NCBI GenBank assembly: GCA_002269645.1
Contig: NIVC01004269.1
Coordinates: 1-52,291, forward strand
DNA: 52,291 nucleotides
Direction: 5' to 3'
Source: Macrostomum lignano
Lineage: Eukaryota
Made by a program: the position numbers and the translations under genes. Under the pieces are notes generated by a model. The model searched no databases. It saw nothing but the letters and a program-made list of their open reading frames with translations, and was not told where the DNA came from. Of this stretch, positions 11,375 to 52,291 are shown in pieces (position 1 is the stretch's first letter; every line of letters begins with the position of its first letter).

Positions 11375-13270
11375 GAGGCCTTTGTTCTCAGCATCCCAGG
11401 CCCCAGGGTCCCCTTCATCACCGTCTAAAGCAACGGCGGCGACCATTGGGACTTAAAACAAAAGCACCCAATTGGCATCTCAGAGACAGCTGCATTCCCA
11501 AAACTGAAATGGAAGAATCCTCTTCTGCATGTAGCATTCAGTCAGTAGACATAATTGGTGAATGAAATGGACAATGGCGACCTTCTAGGCTGACCTGTAG
11601 ACATACAGGCAACCTTCTGGACCTTCAACGGAGTGCCACCACGCGGCCCCAACAAGCTGGCACCCTCAACATCGTGATTTTTCTATCAAGCACCAAACCA
11701 GTCATGTCTGCGTATTATACAATGATCCTGCACCATGTTCAGCATTCAGCTCTGTCTGGACGACCTTCGGGACCTTTAACAGAGTGCCACCATGTGGCCC
11801 TGACAAGCTGACACTGCCAACATTGTGATTTTTCTATCAAGGCACCAAACCAGGCATGTCTGCCTATTATGCAATGCATTTGTGCCATGTTAAATGGGAG
11901 AGTTACAGATTTAACTGGCGACTGAAAAATAAAATATTTAATTTGTTAAAAATGATAATATAGCAAATTCAGAGCAGAAGGATCTGAACAGGCAGTAGGA
12001 CACACGTGAGCTCCTCAGAAAACCGGAATTCACTTGTGTGTGGAGCCATGTTTTGAGTTGAATTCTTAAGATCGGCTTGCAGGCCACCACGAGTGCTCAT
12101 CAGTATTCCAAGAAACGTGAATCCTATTTCTCGGTACAAGTGATTGGCCAGCGCAAGACTCAAGAAGAATCTGTCACATGTGATGCTGTACCAGTGTCCT
12201 CTGAATGGATCAGCCATAGTCGCAAACAACTTGCCTACCACTCCACACCTCTGAGCCCTTGGCCAGCCGAGCATCGGAGTCCTGATTCCTGTGATGCAAA
12301 AGTAGTGGACATCAGTGTTCCTTTGCCAGTGCAGATTTCTGCATTGAACTCATAGCGGATGTCCATGTCATCCTGAATCTCTGGATTTCCAGCCGATGTC
12401 AGCAGGAACAGCTTGGCACCATTGCGACCATTGGGGGCCAAGCCTGGATCCCGGGGCAGTTTTCGAGAACTGCACCGCGGTGTTAAACTTCCTCGGGAAG
12501 GCGGGCGCGATCTGACGCCCAGTGCCATGAGCCCTGGCCCGAGCGCGCCCGAATGGAAAAAGAAGAAGAAGACCTGGCTTCTACTTCAGAAAGACCGTGA
12601 AGTCAGTTCACAACCCAGTAGACAACCAGAGTTTCGTCAACGCAGAGGTACAGAATGGCGCAGCTGACTGACAAAGGTGTCCCACAGGCGTCGGATGCCA
12701 TAGAGCTTGTCCGTTGCGGCAGTCCGCTGACGATGTTTGGCAGCTTCGAATTTAACATGGTGCAAAAGCATTGTATAATACGCAGACATGCCTGGTTTGG
12801 TGCCTTGATAGAAAAATCACAATGTTGGCAGTGTCAGCTTGTCAGGGCCGCATGGTGGCACTCTGTTAAAGGTCCCGAAGGTCGTCCAGACAGAGCTGAA
12901 TGCTGAACATGGTGCAGGATCATTGTATAATACGCAGACATGACTGGTTTGGTGCTTGATAGAAAAATCACGATGTTGAGTGTGCCAGCTTGTTGGGGCC
13001 GCGTGGTGGCACTCCGTTGAAGGTCCAGAAGGTCGCCTGTATGTCTACAGGTCAGCCTAGAAGGTCGCCATCGTCCATTTCATTCACCAATTATGTCTAC
13101 TGACTGAATGCTACATGCAGAAGAGGATTCTTCCATTTCAGTTTTGGGAATGCAGCTGTCTCTGAGATGCCAATTGGGTGCTTTTGTTTTAAGTCCCAAT
13201 GGTCGCCGCCGTTGCTTTAGACAGTGATGAAGGGGACCCTGGGGCCTGGGACGCTGAGAACAAAGGCCTC
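11375..13270. repeat. Long inverted repeat: 521-bp arms (11375-11895 and 12750-13270) around an 854-bp spacer
   Basis: Arms are ~98% identical by eye (~11 mismatches); each arm contains a 151-bp-period internal duplication. Confidence 0.95.
11960..13270 (-). pseudogene. Decayed, 3'-truncated piggyBac transposase (DDE_Tnp_1_7 type)
   Basis: Frameshifted minus-strand motifs in canonical order: MS...HHVKFE...DKLYGIRRLWDTF, LCVDETLV (first D), NGAKLFLL...YEFNAEICTGK, and ITCDRFFLSLALANHL...FLG (second D). The third D and the Cys-rich tail are absent. Confidence 0.8.
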
Positions 13271-13577
13271 TACGACAGATGGACCCAGATTATTGAGCCA
13301 ATATGGATTTACCATAAAGGTTTATGCAGTGTAGTATTGGTTGTCCTTGCCAGCAGTGTCTTCGACAAGAATCGTTGAATATTTCGACGATGCTGACGTC
13401 GGATGACTTTGAAAGTTAGTTCGTCGGAAAAGGCGGAAAATTTTGATCCATATGGTGGACTTTTACGAGAATCGGTAATTCGGTTTGCGAGCTATCGTGA
13501 AATGGGTTGTGTGTATTTGTAATACACCCCGTGGTCTTTCCCCATGGGGAAAAATAGCGTGGTCTTTCTATTGTTAA

Positions 13578-14990
13578 GGATATTGTCTTTGGGTTTCTGC
13601 TATTTGGAGATGCTGTCTCTGGGTTACTTGTCTTTGGGGATGCTGTTTCTGGGTTTCTTGTCTTTGGGGATGCTGTCTCTGGGTTACTTGTCTTTGGGGA
13701 TGTTGTCTTTGGGTTTCTGCTATTTGGGGATGCTGCCTCTGGATTACTTGTCTTTGGGGATGCTGTTTCTGGGTTTCTTGTCTTTAGGGATGCTGTCTCT
13801 GGGTTACTTGTCTTTGGGGATGTTGTCTTTGGGTTTCTGCTTTTTGGGGATGCTGTCTCTGGGTTTCTTGTCTTTGGGGATGCTGTCTCTGGGTTACTTG
13901 TCTTTGGGGATGCTGTCTCTGGTTTCTTGTCTTTGGGGATGCTGTCTCTGGTTTACTTGTCTTTGGGGATGTTGTCTTTGGGTTTCTGCTTTTTGGGGAT
14001 GCTGTTTCTGGGTTTCTTGTCTTTGGGGATGCTGTCTCTGGGTTTCTGTCTGCTATTTGGAGAGGCTGTCTCTGGGATTCTCCTATTTCGGAATTGCTGT
14101 CTTTGGGTTTCTGCTTTTTGTGGATGCTGTCTCTGTTTCTGCTTTTTGGGGATGCTGTCTCTGTTTCTGCTTTTTGGGGATGCTGTCTCTGTTTCTGCTT
14201 TTTGGGGATGCTGTCTCTGTTTCTGCTTTTTGGGGATGCTGTCTCTGTTTCTGCTTTTTGGTGATGCTGTCTCTGTTTCTGCTTTTTGGTGATGCTGTCT
14301 CTGTTTCTGCTTTTTGGTGATGCTGTCTCTGTTTCTGCTGTTTGGGGATGCTGTCTCTGTTTCTGCTTTTTGGGGATGCTGTCTCTGGGTTACTTGTCTT
14401 TGGGGATGCTGTCTCTGGGTTTCTGTCTGCTATTTGAAGAGGCTGTCTCTGGGATTCTCCTATTTCGGAATTGCTGTCTTTGGGTTTCTGCTTTTTGTGG
14501 ATGCTGTCTCTGTTTCTGCTTTTTGGGGATGCTGTCTCTGTTTCTGCTTTTTGGGGATGCTGTCTCTGTTTCTGCTTTTTGGTGATGCTGTCTCTGTTTC
14601 TGCTTTTTGGGGATGCTGTCTCTGTTTCTGCTTTTTGGGGATGCTGTCTCTGTTTCTGCTTTTTGGGGATGCTGTCTCTGTTTCTGCTTTTTGGGGATGC
14701 TGTCTCTGTTTCTGCTTTTTGGGGATGCTGTCTCTGCTTCTGCTTTTTGGGGATGCTGTCTCTGCTTCTGCTTTTTGGGGATGCTGTCTCTGCTTCTGCT
14801 TTTTGGGTATGCTGTCTCTGTTTCTGCTTTTTGGGGATGCTGTCTCTGCTTCTGCTTTTTGGGGATGCTGTCTCTGTTTCTGACTATTTGGGGATGCTGT
14901 CTTTGGGTTTCTGCTGTTTGGGGATGCTTTTTCTGGGATTCTCCTATTTCGGGATGTTGTCTCTGGGTTCCTGACTCTTTTGCTGTCTTT
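13578..14990. repeat. Minisatellite: 30-bp unit (ggggatgctgtctctgggttacttgtcttt) grading into a 28-bp unit
   Basis: Direct tandem copies; a degenerate version lies left of the piggyBac (~10945-11102). Confidence 0.95.
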
Positions 14991-16834
14991 TTCAAAGGGC
15001 CACAATGGGGGATAGTGTATCCTTAGTTGGACCCACATTGCGCCTCGTTCGTTAACATAACATCGCTGCATCCGTTGGCTGCTGCATGGAAGAGTATTTC
15101 GTAGCCGCAGTTTGCCAATTATGCCTTTATTATAGACTAGAAGGCCCATCGATTATGTCTCAGTCGTCAGTTTTGCATTAATTATTAGGCAAGAGCGTGA
15201 GAGAGGGCACATTTTCGGACTGTATTATTAAACTCAGACTGTTATTGAATGTGCAGCCCTCTAAACTGCATAGAATTTTGTTTACTTATGTCTGGCTGAC
15301 GAATCGTTGAGCTGTGCATTCCACAGCTTTCCTTCTCAGTTTGCTTTTGCCTTGTTTTGGCCAGCCGCAAGTCTGACGCAGCGGTCCCGATGCTGGCTGG
15401 GTGCCGATTCGCACAGGCTTGAAAGTGATGCAAAACTCAGCGAGCGGAGGCCACAAAAGCAGCGTTTGGGGCAGACGGTGCGGGGACGTCTATACGAGAC
15501 ACCTCGTAGACACCTGGAATGGAAACAGAATCGCACGCACCTTAAATATTTATTACATCACAGAAGAGATAATTCAGGGACATTTTAGACACTTGGATTG
15601 GAAGCAGAAGCTCTCTCACTCGCCCAAATATTTAATATTCGTGCGTTGATAAATCTCTGGCTTGTCAATGCGGCCGATGTGTCAGCTAATATTAGTTGAG
15701 AGCCGGTGACAGGGGAGCTCAAATGCGTTTTGAATTGCGTAGAAAAACTCGCAAAATGACCTTATCGAAGTAAAGCAACTATATGAATGAAAGTCACTTT
15801 AAAAATTATAATTTGCCGAATTCGCCCTAAAAACGTGATATTGAAGAAAGTTTCTGCTTATGAGTTCTGCTTATTTTTATTTCTAATCTGCGCCGGTTTG
15901 ATTGCTAATTAGGAAATGTCGAACTGGAATATATATTATTTCAGTTTTTCTGCCTTTCCCCAGTCCACGCTGGTGTGCACAGAGGTCCCTGGCCAGTGTG
16001 CAGGGGCTGCAGCAGTGTGTGGGGCTGAGAGCTACTTAATCAGCAGTCTGTCTGTCTGCCGTGCCCGGGCCTGCTAAGGGTGACACGGCTAGGGTGGGTG
16101 GCTGTAAATGAAAATAAGCTACAAGCCAAGACAGGGGCAGGGAGCGGGGGGTTTTGAGTTTATTTTGAGTCTCTCCGCTTTGCGCGTGGCCTTTGCTAGA
16201 GTGGGTGGCGGCGGCAAAAACAGACAATGCGAATGAGGCCACAGGGCTGCGTTGTTTTGTCACTTGCATTGTCATAAATTATTGCCTTTTTACTATTATT
16301 ATTTATTTATGGCCATAGCATTTGGGGCTTTCTGTGCAGACTTATCTGATAAGTTAGCGCAGTGTTAATCTACCGACATTTCCATGCTTAAATCAGTTCC
16401 GAAGCAATTGGCTGCTAAAAGTTTTCTCAAGTCAGAAATTGTGCTGCCAGTTCGTTGGCGCTTTTTGTGTCGCTCACCAAGTCAAGTTTTTTTGTGCACG
16501 AAAGCCGAGTGAATGTGTACTCAGGCCGCGTACATTGTCTAGTGTACATTGGGCATTGACCCTGTGCGGCTGAGAGCGGGGAGAGAGCTGGCAGCCATCC
16601 ATTCCTTCCCTTCTGCTTCTCCTTTTAAAACCTCTGGGCCTTGCGCCGCTCTGACTGCTTCGCTCGCTTGAAGCTTTCAGAAGCAGCAGCTTTCATACTT
16701 GTTCCGCTTGATTGCTGCGCAGTTGTTGCTTTCAGGAGAAACTCAAATTCGTGCTATATTAGTTCTTTTGTGAATTTATGTTGCAGATCGTTGCTTGTGA
16801 AAGCGAGCTCTAACAAGCAAAAAGAAATTGAACC

Positions 16835-52291
<35,457 letters not shown>

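Larger units (their letters stand above)
11107..13573 (-). mobile_element. piggyBac-family transposon derivative (2467 bp) with TTAA TSD
   Basis: TTAA at 11103-11106 and 13574-13577. Termini CAGTAGAAAGACCA / TGGTCTTTCTATTG resemble the T. ni piggyBac end (CCCTAGAAAGA). Joining the flanks restores a unit of the host minisatellite. Confidence 0.85.

Noticed and set aside
13544-15149. Hydrophobic or Cys-rich ORFs resembling membrane proteins
   Set aside because: They are translations of the 28-30 bp array, open in several frames on both strands.
15490-15650. Two loosely similar ~80-bp segments upstream of the spectrin gene
   Set aside because: They are too diverged and too short to interpret.

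Overview
Metazoan genomic DNA with GC-rich exons and introns packed with minisatellites. The style suggests a free-living flatworm such as Macrostomum, but this is inference only. Left to right: (1) the last exon of an orphan, mostly helical protein (37-1876), broken by three single-base frameshifts that are probably consensus errors; (2) a two-exon DEG/ENaC channel gene (5384-7268) with a GC-AG intron; (3) a cluster of SINE, MITE and fold-back elements, and a TTAA-flanked piggyBac derivative (11107-13573) whose transposase 5' region is duplicated as a 521-bp inverted repeat; (4) a large beta-heavy-spectrin-like gene (from 16835, 25 exons, about 2980 codons, running off the right edge). Its introns hold a decayed P-element (THAP domain, 44-bp TIRs, 8-bp TSD), a dead mariner, a tRNA-derived SINE, and a different tandem repeat in most introns. 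The best leads are an intronic minisatellite built from RFX X-box consensus sites (intron 18, plus two in intron 16), the hairpin-forming piggyBac, and the intron-specific repeat arrays. All alignments and counts were done by eye and no databases were searched.
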